A DNA stretch of 48,201 nucleotides from a virus. Positions 1 through 9,692 of the stretch are shown here, in pieces. Under the pieces are notes generated by a model, which did not search any database, was not told where the DNA came from, and saw only the letters and a list, made by a program, of their open reading frames with translations. Both the position numbers and the translations under genes were made by a program. The stretch lies in IMG/VR virus record IMGVR_UViG_2910705042_000001. The stretch is one strand, 5' to 3'. The first letter of the stretch is position 1, and every line of letters begins with the position of its first letter.

Positions 1-1
1 G

Positions 2-1411
2 GTCGATGAGAGAAACACTCCCTCCGGTGTCTCTCTCATCGAACGTCTTGACGCCATGGATGATGGTGCCGATGTTCGCGCAACGGTCACCGCCTCTCCG
101 CTCAGTGCCCACACGACCAAGGGGATCGAGGATTGGTGGAACCGCGCCTTCCTGACCGGAGAGACCAACCATCGGGGAAGCGTGCCCCGGATGCCCGACG
201 ACAACACACCCAACATGCACACGGGTCTGTCCGTGACGGGTCACCGTCGCACCTACCGGCGTCGCTACGACGTGGGGGACGGGACGATCAGAATGCCTTC
301 CCGCACCGCGATCAACCGCTTCCTGACCGACAACGACCTGACCGCAGTTGATGTGCCGGTCCTTTTGAGTGAAAACGGGCGCGACACCCAGGCCTTCGTT
401 CGTGTCACTCGCAACAACATGGGCCAATTCGAGGCCTGGGCACTAGGAACCTCCGGCGAACTGGACGTACGCATGTCGGAGTCAGTCATGGCTGCTCTCG
501 AGCGTCGCCACCGGGAGGTTGCCAGCGTTGATGACCTCATTGCCCGCCGCAGTCAACGCCGATCCTTGTACGGGGTGCGGGTGGATGGAAGCAATGGAAC
601 GTCTTTCATTTCAGGACTCGCCTACGACGAGACCTCGTCGACGGTCACGGTGGCAATTGGGGATCGCGCCTACCAGTACGTGGCTGACCGGCGGGTCTAT
701 GAGCAAATGCAGCGCTCGAATGCTCCCGGGCACGTCTTCAACGATCAACTGCGCGGAAAGATCGCCAGCCGCCGACTGGACAAGTGTCCCTCGTGTGGAC
801 GGTTCGCTGGGCAGGATCATGTCTGTCCGATAGCCGCACCTGCCAGCTATGCCTCCTCCACGTTCATTCAACATATCGGGGCGAAGCGACTGGCACCGGG
901 TTTCCCGCCGAAAGGTTCACGTCCCACCGTTCAACAGTGGGTTTATCCCGGTGGAGATGGGGAGTTGGGATGGTCACGTCACGCGATCAGTGCCGTCCTA
1001 TATGACCATGCCGACAAGGACTCCGTTCCGCGCTATTTCAGAGAAAAACCCAATGGGGCAAACGGTGTTCTTCATTTTGACGGACTGGGTCGGCGCGACG
1101 TCGACAAGCTTGCAACCCTCATGCCCGAGAACGAACGGTGGGACAACTCGTGGGCGCTGAAGGCCTCCCGGATCCCAGAAGTGAAGCTGGGCGGGTGGGT
1201 GAGTTCACCAACCAAGGGCGAACACATGACATTCACCCGTGCGACAATCTCGGATACAAAAATCGCGCGGGAGATTCGGGCAATGGGCGGACATGTGGAC
1301 GAGAGGTCGTCCACATGGCGCAAGCTTGCCGCGACCTATGGGCTGCCGAAACCTTCTGCACCCATGTCTGTGAGCGTGGATGAGCGTGGCGATGTTGTCA
1401 TCGACCTGTGA
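2..1411 (+). CDS. 5'-partial hypothetical protein with KTSC-like domain and CPxCGRF..HxCP zinc knuckle
   Basis: Frame is open from base 2 (VDERNTPSGVSLIERLDAM...), so the gene starts before the window. SFISGLAYDETSSTVTVAIGDRAYQY...SNAPGHVFNDQLRG resembles KTSC; CPSCGRFAGQDHVCP follows. Confidence 0.6.
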   Translation, partial: VDERNTPSGVSLIERLDAMDDGADVRATVTASPLSAHTTKGIEDWWNRAFLTGETNHRGSVPRMPDDNTPNMHTGLSVTGHRRTYRRRYDVGDGTIRMPSRTAINRFLTDNDLTAVDVPVLLSENGRDTQAFVRVTRNNMGQFEAWALGTSGELDVRMSESVMAALERRHREVASVDDLIARRSQRRSLYGVRVDGSNGTSFISGLAYDETSSTVTVAIGDRAYQYVADRRVYEQMQRSNAPGHVFNDQLRGKIASRRLDKCPSCGRFAGQDHVCPIAAPASYASSTFIQHIGAKRLAPGFPPKGSRPTVQQWVYPGGDGELGWSRHAISAVLYDHADKDSVPRYFREKPNGANGVLHFDGLGRRDVDKLATLMPENERWDNSWALKASRIPEVKLGGWVSSPTKGEHMTFTRATISDTKIAREIRAMGGHVDERSSTWRKLAATYGLPKPSAPMSVSVDERGDVVIDL

Positions 1412-1473
1412 TGCCCACATCACGTTTTGGTAACGAACAATCCTGCGACGTGTGAATACACCTGTCAACATAC

Positions 1474-1481
1474 CCGCACAC
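1474..1481 (+). promoter_or_regulatory. CCGCACAC promoter-like octamer (leadered gene 1548)
   Basis: CCGCACAC-GGAGTAGGT|G; SD AAGGAG before ATG 1548. Confidence 0.6.
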
Positions 1482-1547
1482 GGAGTAGGTGTACTCGTCG
1501 CACCCAAAAACAGGCGACAATAAACTGAAGACTCTCAAGGAGAACAC

Positions 1548-2753
1548 ATGTCTACTCACCGTAAGGCGTGGATTGCGGGCATTTCCGCCTTTGTTGCCAT
1601 CGCAGTCATCTTCGCCGGCGTTCTTGTCTGGCGAAGCAACGCCCGAGACAACCGCATCGCCGAATGGAAGGAAGCCGCCACCTCGCTTGCCCAGACGTTG
1701 GGAGTTGCCCGAGGGACAGTCGCGTATGCCGGACTCGTAACCGATTCGATTGGTGACACTGACGTCGACACATCCCTGACAAAGGCCTCCACAACTGACC
1801 GTGAGGCACTGGAGGGGATTCTGGAGACCGTTGATCTGGACATCTTCACTCCCGCCGAATCGGAGGAGACATTTACGCTCGCCGATGTCAGCGTGCTGGA
1901 TACGAATACCGATGATCTGTGGAGCGATGTTCCCTCCACGGCGGGCTTCTATCGACTCGGTGATGACGGCGGTGTTGTGGGTATCAATGCTGCCGACACG
2001 GTGACTTTCCCTACCGAGTCGGTCATGGAGAAGAAGGAGAACACCGAAAGACTCACCGCATTGGATCAGAGCTTGCGCACTGCCATTGGCGCGGTCTCCG
2101 CCAGTTCTCAGTCTTTGTCCGAGGGGATCGCCACAGCCCGGCTTGAGGCGGCAACCGCCACGTTCAATGATTCCCACGAGGCCCTGACTGACGCGATCAC
2201 CGCAGGAGAGAAGGTTCTCAAGGACTCAGAGGGTAAGGTCTCAAGCAACGAGACTCGCCAAGACTTGCGAGACAAGCTCGATGCGGCGATTGAGGCTCGG
2301 GATGCCGACGATCCGACGGATGTGGATGGTCTGCTTGCCATGGTGGAAGACATGGATTCTCTTGCCGCGTCGGTGACGAAGGCATCCACGTCTGTCACTG
2401 AGACGGTGGCTGCGACGAAGGCTGCCGCAGAGGAAGCTGCGGCCAAGGCGGCTGCTGAAGCGGCGGCAGCCAAAGCTGCGGCGCAAGCGTCCAACTCGTC
2501 ATCGGGCAGGTGGTCTGGCACGTCGTCCTCATCCGGTTCGTCATCGTCAGGCTCATCATCCTCATCCGGTTCGTCGAGTTCGAGCGGTTCCTCTTCGAGC
2601 TCAGGCGGCAGCGGCGGTAAGTCCGGCTCTGTTGGCTTCGCTCCCGGCACGCAAGTTACAACATGCACCGACGGACAAATCAGTATTTCGTCGCTTGGAT
2701 ATACGACCCAATGCAGGAATGGTAAGTGGGTGACGATCTCGAAGAACCCCTGA
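1548..2753 (+). CDS. Membrane-anchored/secreted coiled-coil protein with Ser/Gly-rich linker
   Basis: N-terminal hydrophobic helix, Ala-rich helical region, S/G low-complexity linker, short two-Cys C-terminal module; SD AAGGAG. Confidence 0.75.
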   Translation: MSTHRKAWIAGISAFVAIAVIFAGVLVWRSNARDNRIAEWKEAATSLAQTLGVARGTVAYAGLVTDSIGDTDVDTSLTKASTTDREALEGILETVDLDIFTPAESEETFTLADVSVLDTNTDDLWSDVPSTAGFYRLGDDGGVVGINAADTVTFPTESVMEKKENTERLTALDQSLRTAIGAVSASSQSLSEGIATARLEAATATFNDSHEALTDAITAGEKVLKDSEGKVSSNETRQDLRDKLDAAIEARDADDPTDVDGLLAMVEDMDSLAASVTKASTSVTETVAATKAAAEEAAAKAAAEAAAAKAAAQASNSSSGRWSGTSSSSGSSSSGSSSSSGSSSSSGSSSSSGGSGGKSGSVGFAPGTQVTTCTDGQISISSLGYTTQCRNGKWVTISKNP

Positions 2754-2850
2754 AACGCGACCACACCTCTTCTCACGCCCCTTGCCGGTCACCCGGTGAG
2801 GGGCGTGCGTTGTCTGTGAGATGAAAATACCGGGCCCTTCTGACAGATTC

Positions 2851-3651
2851 TCATGCGGCGATGGGCACGCGTTGATGATGGTCGCGGAACCACTTCGACG
2901 TGTAGCAGGGTCGGCATAGACCTTTCGCATAGTGCTTGTCTCCACACTGGCTACACACTTTGGCCGGACGATAGACAACCTCATGAGGGTGTTCTCGATG
3001 GTACTTGCACAGGCCCGTCTCGTTGGAAACGCGAGGGCATCCTGGTATCGAGCATGGTGTTCGTTCGGCGACGAGGGTCACGAGAGGATCGCCCGTCGTC
3101 TTGAGTCGGTGGTAATGCTTGTTGCACAGTCCGCGTCCATGGAGTTTCTGTCCACATTCAGGAACCGAGCAGACGACACCTTGAGGACGTCTCGTTCCAA
3201 CTGGCATGTCCATGGGGCGCTGGTAGACCTCCCGGTAGCGATGACGGCTGCACCACAGCTTTGTCTCTTTCGGGGTGCGATGGCATCCGGGATAGATGCA
3301 CTCGCGTGGGGCTGGCGGTCGGGACGTGTCGACCTCCGGCTGAATGATCGTGTCTACCGGTTCGGGCAGGTGGGTGATCCAGTGGGCGAGTCTGTCGTCC
3401 CCGTGGCGTGTAGATGCGAGGCGTGCCCCGGCTTGGGTCAACACGGTGACTGTGCGTCCGCGTCCGGTGATGGTAGCAATCGTCACCTTCCGTACTCGCC
3501 GCTCACCCAGTCCGGTGACGAGAGTCTGAATGTTGCGAATGTGAAGCTCACGGGCAATGTCTGCGGCGATGAACAGGCGTGATCCGTGTTGGACGACCGT
3601 GCGCACAACGGCGTTGTTGTAGCTGTGGACATAGACAGTTTCGTAAGTCAT
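2851..3651 (-). CDS. Bro-N (antirepressor-like) domain protein with four Cys/His zinc-finger-like repeats
   Basis: VRTVVQHGSRLFIAADIARELHIRN is Bro-N-like. Repeats: CIYPGC..CSRH, CSVPEC..CNKH, CSIPGC..CKYH, CSQC..CRPC. Start placed at ATG 3651 by the octamer 9 nt upstream. Confidence 0.65.
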   Translation of the reverse strand: MTYETVYVHSYNNAVVRTVVQHGSRLFIAADIARELHIRNIQTLVTGLGERRVRKVTIATITGRGRTVTVLTQAGARLASTRHGDDRLAHWITHLPEPVDTIIQPEVDTSRPPAPRECIYPGCHRTPKETKLWCSRHRYREVYQRPMDMPVGTRRPQGVVCSVPECGQKLHGRGLCNKHYHRLKTTGDPLVTLVAERTPCSIPGCPRVSNETGLCKYHREHPHEVVYRPAKVCSQCGDKHYAKGLCRPCYTSKWFRDHHQRVPIAA

Positions 3652-3660
3652 GGCTACTTC

Positions 3661-3722
3661 GTGTGCGGGTCGTGCGGAGTGAATGAACACACACCACGGG
3701 GTTCCCCAGATCTTCCGCACAC
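3661..3722. promoter_or_regulatory. Divergent pair of CCGCACAC octamers
   Basis: Minus copy 3661-3668 is 9 nt from ATG 3651; plus copy 3715-3722 is followed by ATAGGAGAT|G, upstream of gene 3782. Confidence 0.7.
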
Positions 3723-3781
3723 ATAGGAGATGGAACCTTCCACGGTTCCGCGCACACCCTTCGTCATAGAAAGGAAACGGT

Positions 3782-6700
3782 GTGAGCCTCTCCATCAGAA
3801 TGAAAGCGGCGGCGTCCGCTCTGACCGCAGGAGTTCTTCTCCTGTCCGGTCTGACAATAGCGCCAGCCGCCACCGCCGCCACAGGAGGCGGAGCAGCAGG
3901 AGGTAGTGGTGGAAGCGCCGCTAACCTCCAGCAGGTCCTCTACGTTGCAGATAATAGAACGGAAGCCTTAGCAGGCAACCCCGCACAAGGTTGGGGACAG
4001 GATTCCACGGATTTCGCGTGGAATCAGATCACCTCCTACACGGGAGGAAGCTTTGTCACAGGCTCCTACGGCAAGGACACTGTCGATTCGACATGCCAGA
4101 CAGCCATCAATCAGGCCGTCGCGCGAACCACGGGTGCAAAGACCGCCCGCGTCGTTGGACTCATGGTCTGGTATGCGCCCAACTTCTACAACGGGCAGCA
4201 CTCCCTCGGGACAACCGGAACCGAATATGGGAGAGCCGACTTTGGGGACCAGTGGGCAACAGCAAAGTCCGGACTAGCAGGTTACGAGTCTGACGAAGTT
4301 CAAGCTGTCTACGACGAGTTTCAAGCCCAGTTCAACAAGGTGGGTTCAACAGTCTCTGTCGTCTGCGTGGCGCTCAACGACCTCGAACCCGATTCGGGAT
4401 ACACCCTTGATGTAACAACCACAGCGAGCTCCACCTTCCCCTTGGCGGGCTCGGCAGGAGCAGTACAAGACACCATCCACGCATCCAGCACGCCAACGAC
4501 CCGCGACACTGTGTCCGGGGATGTCACACTTCACTGGGACGGCGTTGAAAGCAACGCGGCTCAGGTCACCAAGAGCGTGAACATATCCACGTCTGGGGAC
4601 ACGAAGTCACCAACCTTTACCCCCTCGGACTTTGGGTGGACCGGATGGCCTTCGGGTAAGTTCTGGTTTGACGTCAAGGTTGCCGCCCAAGGGGGTTTGA
4701 CCACCTCCGTTGATACGCCTAACCGTGAGGCATCAGAGACATGGACGGCGTCTATTCCCAGTCCGTACAAGTCCCTCACCACTGGTGACCCGGCGGATTC
4801 CCTGAGTGATACACAAGTCCTCGCATCTGGAATGAGCTACAACGCCATCATCATGGCGAATACTGCCGGATACTCGACCATGTCCATCACCGACACCATT
4901 CAGACAGATCAGGTCTACATCGGCTCGACAACCGCAGACGATCCATCGGCCGTCTACGTGCTCAACCCCGATCGGGACAAGGTCAATGGTGCGAAGGTCA
5001 CGATCAACCGTGACACTGACGGGCAAGTGACTGTCTCGGCCACTATCTCCGACATCCCGTCGAAGTACACCGGATCGGACTACATGCTCGTCGTGCCAAC
5101 CTATGTCTTGCCGACAGGCGAGGACTACACGATCACGGACGACTCGAAGGCGTGCTACGGGACGTCGGGAGACACGTGCGTTACGGGCAATTCCGCGACC
5201 ACCCGCAAGGTCACCCCGACACCGGACAAGGTGTGGGTTCTTGATGAAGAAGGCGCACTTGTTGCCTCTGATCCGGATCAGACCAATCAGGCGGGTGCCG
5301 ATAACAAGGTGTTCCTCATGGGCGATGCCGTGTCAGCTGTTGTCAACGGCTCTGTCCCAGCCAACCTCGCAGGAAACCTCACCCAATACGTCATTGCTGA
5401 CGACTGGACCGATGCGTCCCAGTACGTCGACTTCTCTGACGCCTCCCAAGTGAAGGTCTATTACGAGGACTCCAAAGACAGCGGCACCTACACTGACGTC
5501 ACCAACCAGTTCACGATCAGTATCGACGGCACCGTCACCACGGCGACCGCAAACGAGGAGTTCTTGTCCCAGACTGCCGGTCAGTGCAAGAGCGCGCCGG
5601 TCGACAATAACCGCGCCCTGTCGTCCGCCGACAAGTGCCGCACCGTCAAGCTGGTCATCTCGGGTCAGTTCCGCGACGACTACGACACCGATGGTGAGAC
5701 GGTCAGGTTGACCAATGCCGGATGGGAACAATGGAACAACGAGACCATTGCAACCAACGAGCCTCCGGTCTACACGTGGACCCCCAACCCGAACAAGCAG
5801 GTTTTGGGATCCAACGAAGAAGATGGCGACAACGCCTACGAGAACATCAACGGACTGTCCGTCTTCGCGGGCCAGAAGCTGGAGTACTCGGTTGGCATTG
5901 ATCTGAACATCCCGAGCAACACCGCTCGCGGCGTCACATCGCTGGCAGTTCAGGACGTCTACGACGTCAACTTCACACCAGACAAGTCCTCCGTGGAGAT
6001 CTGGGATTCGCGTGACGCGACCAACCCCAAGGCTATTGCGGCCAAGAACTACACCCTGACATGGGATGAGTCCGGTCATTCCTTCACCGTCACGTTCACC
6101 GACAAGTGGGTTGCCGCCAATCTCGGGGAAGGCTCCGAATGGCTCACCCAGGGCTGGTTGACTCTCCGCTTCACGGGTACCGTGAACGACGATGTCGCTG
6201 CCGGTACCACCGTTGAGAATCAGGCATTCGAAATCATCAATGGCGCGAAGACCGCCACCGAGATTCCGACTGTCACCATCCCCACGGTCACCCCCGATAA
6301 GGAAGACCTCAACACCGACCTCATCGACATTGATGGAAAGACTGTCGTCAAGGGGGACACCATCGTGTACCGCCTGACGCTAGACGCCTCCATAAGCGCC
6401 GACAAGCTCGCCTACTATGTCCACAAGCTCGGAATGATCGACGACTACGACGAGGACTACCTCGACGTGGCCGCCTCCAATGTTGTCGTGACAAACAAGG
6501 AAACGGGCGAGGATGTCACATCCAAGTTCAACATCCAAGTTTCCGACGGCAAGCTGTATGTCTTTGCTAGACAGGTCGACTCCACCAACAGTGCGGGTGA
6601 GGTGGTCTCCGGAGACCCGCAGCCCACCGACCTCGCTGCATATGCAGCCGCCGACATCATCCCGGGCACGACCCCCATCATCGACCAGTCGTTGCTTGGC

Positions 6701-7864
6701 AACACCTACTACATCACCTTCCGCGCGACGGTGACGCAGCAGACCGATGGGTACGTCATCGAGAACCAGGCCACCCAGAACATCGAGAACATGACCTTCC
6801 TGACGAAGATCGTGTCCAACCCGCTCAAGGACATCAATCCTGACAAGGATGTCGTGGCCTCCGAGGCAACGAACAGCGAGTCCCTCACCGGCAAGGAAAT
6901 CGAACTCAACTCAGTGTTCAACTACCAGCTCAACTCTTCCTCCATCCCAGCTAACCGGGCCTACGAGGCGAGCCAGTGGTCCATCACCGACACCTTCGAC
7001 AAGACGTATGACTACTACACGGGAACGTGGGCGGTCTACGCCAATGAAGACATCTACAACGGAGACACACTCGTCTACGCCAAGGGTGACCTTCTCCAAG
7101 ATTCGGCGGGACACGAAACAGAGACGGCAACACGACTCTTCAATGTCACGTTCGATGAAGATTCCTACACCTTCACAATCACGGCAACCGACGCATTCCT
7201 CGATCTCATCAACACCCGCACGGACCTTTCGCAGTCATTCTCCGTCTACACGCAGATGATTCGTATTGCACCGTCGGACAAGGTCGAGAATGTTGCGACG
7301 GAAACCTACAACAACGTCGAACGCGACACCAACGTCGTGTGGACGTACACTCCGGAAAACCCAGCCATTGATGTTGAGAAGTGGGACGTCGAATCCGGCA
7401 AGGATCACGGCGACCGCGACTCGGCTGACGATGCGCTCGAAGTCACGGATGATACGTCGGTCAAGATCGGCTTCACCATCACCAACACCGGCGACGTGCC
7501 GCTGACGAACATCACCCTGACGGATGAGACCACTTCCGGTACGGGAACGATGGAAGACATCTCCTGCGAGACGCCGCTGGCTTCCCTCACTCTCAATGTT
7601 GGCACGTCAGTTGAATGCACGGGGACCCTGACGGGCCTCACAGCTGACACCACCCATACCGACAATGTGACGGCAACTGGAGAATCCATCTACACCGGCG
7701 CCAGAGTCTCCGATGCGGACCCGTGGAACGCCACAGTTGTTGACGGAAGCGGTTCGGGCGGCCTTGCCCACACAGGCGCGTCCGTCGTCGGAATGTTCAT
7801 TACCGGCATCGTCCTTGTCGGCGGAGGCGCACTTCTCGCCATCCGTCGTCGGACAACCGACTGA
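3782..7864 (+). CDS. Large sortase-anchored surface adhesin (antigen I/II / SspB-like Ig repeats), LAHTG sorting signal
   Basis: Signal peptide; Thr/Asp-rich beta repeats (PxK...I.Y....DDYD...ENQA); C-terminal IGFTITNTGDVPLTNITLTD domain; LAHTG + TM helix + RRRTTD tail. Confidence 0.85.
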   Translation: MSLSIRMKAAASALTAGVLLLSGLTIAPAATAATGGGAAGGSGGSAANLQQVLYVADNRTEALAGNPAQGWGQDSTDFAWNQITSYTGGSFVTGSYGKDTVDSTCQTAINQAVARTTGAKTARVVGLMVWYAPNFYNGQHSLGTTGTEYGRADFGDQWATAKSGLAGYESDEVQAVYDEFQAQFNKVGSTVSVVCVALNDLEPDSGYTLDVTTTASSTFPLAGSAGAVQDTIHASSTPTTRDTVSGDVTLHWDGVESNAAQVTKSVNISTSGDTKSPTFTPSDFGWTGWPSGKFWFDVKVAAQGGLTTSVDTPNREASETWTASIPSPYKSLTTGDPADSLSDTQVLASGMSYNAIIMANTAGYSTMSITDTIQTDQVYIGSTTADDPSAVYVLNPDRDKVNGAKVTINRDTDGQVTVSATISDIPSKYTGSDYMLVVPTYVLPTGEDYTITDDSKACYGTSGDTCVTGNSATTRKVTPTPDKVWVLDEEGALVASDPDQTNQAGADNKVFLMGDAVSAVVNGSVPANLAGNLTQYVIADDWTDASQYVDFSDASQVKVYYEDSKDSGTYTDVTNQFTISIDGTVTTATANEEFLSQTAGQCKSAPVDNNRALSSADKCRTVKLVISGQFRDDYDTDGETVRLTNAGWEQWNNETIATNEPPVYTWTPNPNKQVLGSNEEDGDNAYENINGLSVFAGQKLEYSVGIDLNIPSNTARGVTSLAVQDVYDVNFTPDKSSVEIWDSRDATNPKAIAAKNYTLTWDESGHSFTVTFTDKWVAANLGEGSEWLTQGWLTLRFTGTVNDDVAAGTTVENQAFEIINGAKTATEIPTVTIPTVTPDKEDLNTDLIDIDGKTVVKGDTIVYRLTLDASISADKLAYYVHKLGMIDDYDEDYLDVAASNVVVTNKETGEDVTSKFNIQVSDGKLYVFARQVDSTNSAGEVVSGDPQPTDLAAYAAADIIPGTTPIIDQSLLGNTYYITFRATVTQQTDGYVIENQATQNIENMTFLTKIVSNPLKDINPDKDVVASEATNSESLTGKEIELNSVFNYQLNSSSIPANRAYEASQWSITDTFDKTYDYYTGTWAVYANEDIYNGDTLVYAKGDLLQDSAGHETETATRLFNVTFDEDSYTFTITATDAFLDLINTRTDLSQSFSVYTQMIRIAPSDKVENVATETYNNVERDTNVVWTYTPENPAIDVEKWDVESGKDHGDRDSADDALEVTDDTSVKIGFTITNTGDVPLTNITLTDETTSGTGTMEDISCETPLASLTLNVGTSVECTGTLTGLTADTTHTDNVTATGESIYTGARVSDADPWNATVVDGSGSGGLAHTGASVVGMFITGIVLVGGGALLAIRRRTTD

Positions 7865-7876
7865 CGACAACTAGGA

Positions 7877-7920
7877 CAAAGGAGGTGTGGTTGCCCAACC
7901 GAGCAACCACACCTCCTTTG
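7877..7920 (+). terminator. Stem-loop terminator after adhesin
   Basis: Perfect 18-bp inverted repeat CAAAGGAGGTGTGGTTGC / GCAACCACACCTCCTTTG. Confidence 0.7.
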
Positions 7921-7950
7921 CATGTACCCCACGAAAGGAACACAGCGAAC

Positions 7951-8601
7951 ATGAGCGTTGACGATGCACTCGCAGACGACACCATGTTCATCGGAACCGT
8001 CTATCGGGGACTGTGGATCTACCACAAACCCCCACGAACCCTCGCTCGCGAGGTTGGCCACAAGAACTCCCGAAGCATCACAACGTTTGTGTGGGCCATC
8101 CGCTACCTGTGTGGTGAGGTGCCCGAATCCCGACTTCACCCACTGCCCAGAGAATACGCAGCGTCGTTCCTGCGCAGGACGATCGACACGTCTCTCGACA
8201 TGAGGCTCGTCGAGGAGTGTTGGCAGCTTCTCAGCAGGCTGACAGGGGAGGAGCCGCCACATCAGGAACCGGGCGTTTACGTCTACTCGTATCCGACCTA
8301 CATCGGGGCGGGCGATGTCCAGCGCGACATGAAGATGAAGATTGGTGCGAGCACATCAATGCTTCGACGCTTGGAAACTCAACGCCGCCACACGGAAGTT
8401 CCCGAAGACCTCGTTGTCCTTCGGATTTACCCTTGCCCCGACCCGTTTGACGCCGAAAGCCACATCCATGCAATCCTCACCCTGTGTGGTAAGCATGTGG
8501 AGAGCCTGACAGGTGGAACCGAGTGGTATGAGACGAGTCTGGTGGCTGTGGATGCCATCTGTCGCGCAATGGGAATGGAACCTAGCCCAGATGCGACATG
8601 A
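7951..8601 (+). CDS. GIY-YIG / T5orf172-like domain protein
   Basis: GVYVYSY...KMKIGASTSMLRRL...AESHIHAIL...GGTEWY; SD GAAAGGA before ATG 7951. Confidence 0.7.
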   Translation: MSVDDALADDTMFIGTVYRGLWIYHKPPRTLAREVGHKNSRSITTFVWAIRYLCGEVPESRLHPLPREYAASFLRRTIDTSLDMRLVEECWQLLSRLTGEEPPHQEPGVYVYSYPTYIGAGDVQRDMKMKIGASTSMLRRLETQRRHTEVPEDLVVLRIYPCPDPFDAESHIHAILTLCGKHVESLTGGTEWYETSLVAVDAICRAMGMEPSPDAT

Positions 8602-9307
8602 GCATCGGCCAGCCGATGTAGTAGATGATGGGGAAGGCGATGGCCACAACCGTTAAGGAGATGACGTAGGCCTTTTCTCGCGTTGACCCCGTGTCCCCAA
8701 GGATTGGCACGCGCAGGTTCGTCGTGATGAATGGGTAGAGGAGCGGAACGCCTTCTGTCGTGAGCATGTCTCCGGCCACAGAGTGAACCGCAGCTCCACC
8801 AGCCATGCACGCAGCAATGATGAGTGGGTTCATGGCGACAAGGAATCCCATGATGGCCATACCGGCAGCGACAAACCATCCGGGGATCCCTCCCGGATCC
8901 AAGTGGAGGGCAGCCAAGGCGATGCCGGCCATGAAGCCGATGAGTAGCCCTGCCCCCATATTCAGCGTCGTCTCATGAATGGTAAGGACTGCCGAATCAA
9001 TCTCAGGGATCGTCACATGCCACAACGAGGCGAAATAGGCGAGCGCGCCAAGGATGAGCCACCCGACGACAGAGTGAGTGCCTTTGCGGTGTCCACCAGA
9101 GATGATGTTGACGCCATGGGACACGACTTTTGTCAGCGGGGGAAGCGAACGAGAGATGGTCGCCCCCGAATGATCGAGGTCCGGCGCGATGGCCGCACCT
9201 GCGACAAGCGCTGTCGTGGCAATGATTGTGGGGACCGGCTGTGGGTTGAGAGTCAGACAGATGGAGGCGGCCGCGAGGCCAGAAATGGTGTGTGAACGTC
9301 CAAGCAT
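8582..9307 (-). CDS. Membrane-bound metal-dependent hydrolase (YdjM/DUF457-like)
   Basis: GRSH...APDLDH...HRKGTHS...HSVAGDMLTTEGVPLLYP with several TM helices. Confidence 0.8.
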   Translation of the reverse strand: MLGRSHTISGLAAASICLTLNPQPVPTIIATTALVAGAAIAPDLDHSGATISRSLPPLTKVVSHGVNIISGGHRKGTHSVVGWLILGALAYFASLWHVTIPEIDSAVLTIHETTLNMGAGLLIGFMAGIALAALHLDPGGIPGWFVAAGMAIMGFLVAMNPLIIAACMAGGAAVHSVAGDMLTTEGVPLLYPFITTNLRVPILGDTGSTREKAYVISLTVVAIAFPIIYYIGWPMLMSHLG

Positions 9308-9316
9308 ACATAGGTA

Positions 9317-9365
9317 GTGTGCGGATGCCTCCCCACCGGGTTCGCCAGCACGGTGTCCCGCACAC
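9317..9365. promoter_or_regulatory. Divergent pair of CCGCACAC octamers
   Basis: Minus 9317-9324 is 9 nt from ATG 9307; plus 9358-9365 is 9 nt from ATG 9375. Confidence 0.75.
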
Positions 9366-9374
9366 AGGGAATGT

Positions 9375-9692
9375 ATGGACTTTCTTTCTCATCATTTCTC
9401 TGCGTCGATGACGCGAGCCATTGACCTCGCCAGTGCAGCCCACACCGACCCGATCGACTTCTGCAATGCGCACCACATCGCGCCTGTGGATGGGTCGACT
9501 CTTGTGTTCGCTGGAACCACAGGCCAGGCCGATGTTCGTATCGTCTTGGCAGGTTCATCCACGCGAGTATCGGTGACTCATGGAGAGGCAACAGTCACCA
9601 GCGACATGCTCTCCGACGGTTCGTTCACACTCGTGGCAGACGAACCCGGACGCTGTCACATTGACGTGACTGACGCGGGGAGCATGTCATGA
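9375..9692 (+). CDS. Hypothetical protein; probable truncated member of the CCFH family
   Basis: IDLASAAHTDPIDFCNAHHI resembles the N-terminal core of genes 13989, 21683 and 31689, but the CCFH tail is missing. Confidence 0.5.
   Translation: MDFLSHHFSASMTRAIDLASAAHTDPIDFCNAHHIAPVDGSTLVFAGTTGQADVRIVLAGSSTRVSVTHGEATVTSDMLSDGSFTLVADEPGRCHIDVTDAGSMS

Noticed and set aside
3-42. Hairpin at the window start as a terminator
   Set aside because: It lies inside an open frame that encodes a tag-like peptide end.
1398-2776. Long antisense ORFs (e.g. 1398-2177, 2108-2776, 19409-20392, 34064-34900)
   Set aside because: Shadow frames of high-GC genes with no motifs or expression signals.
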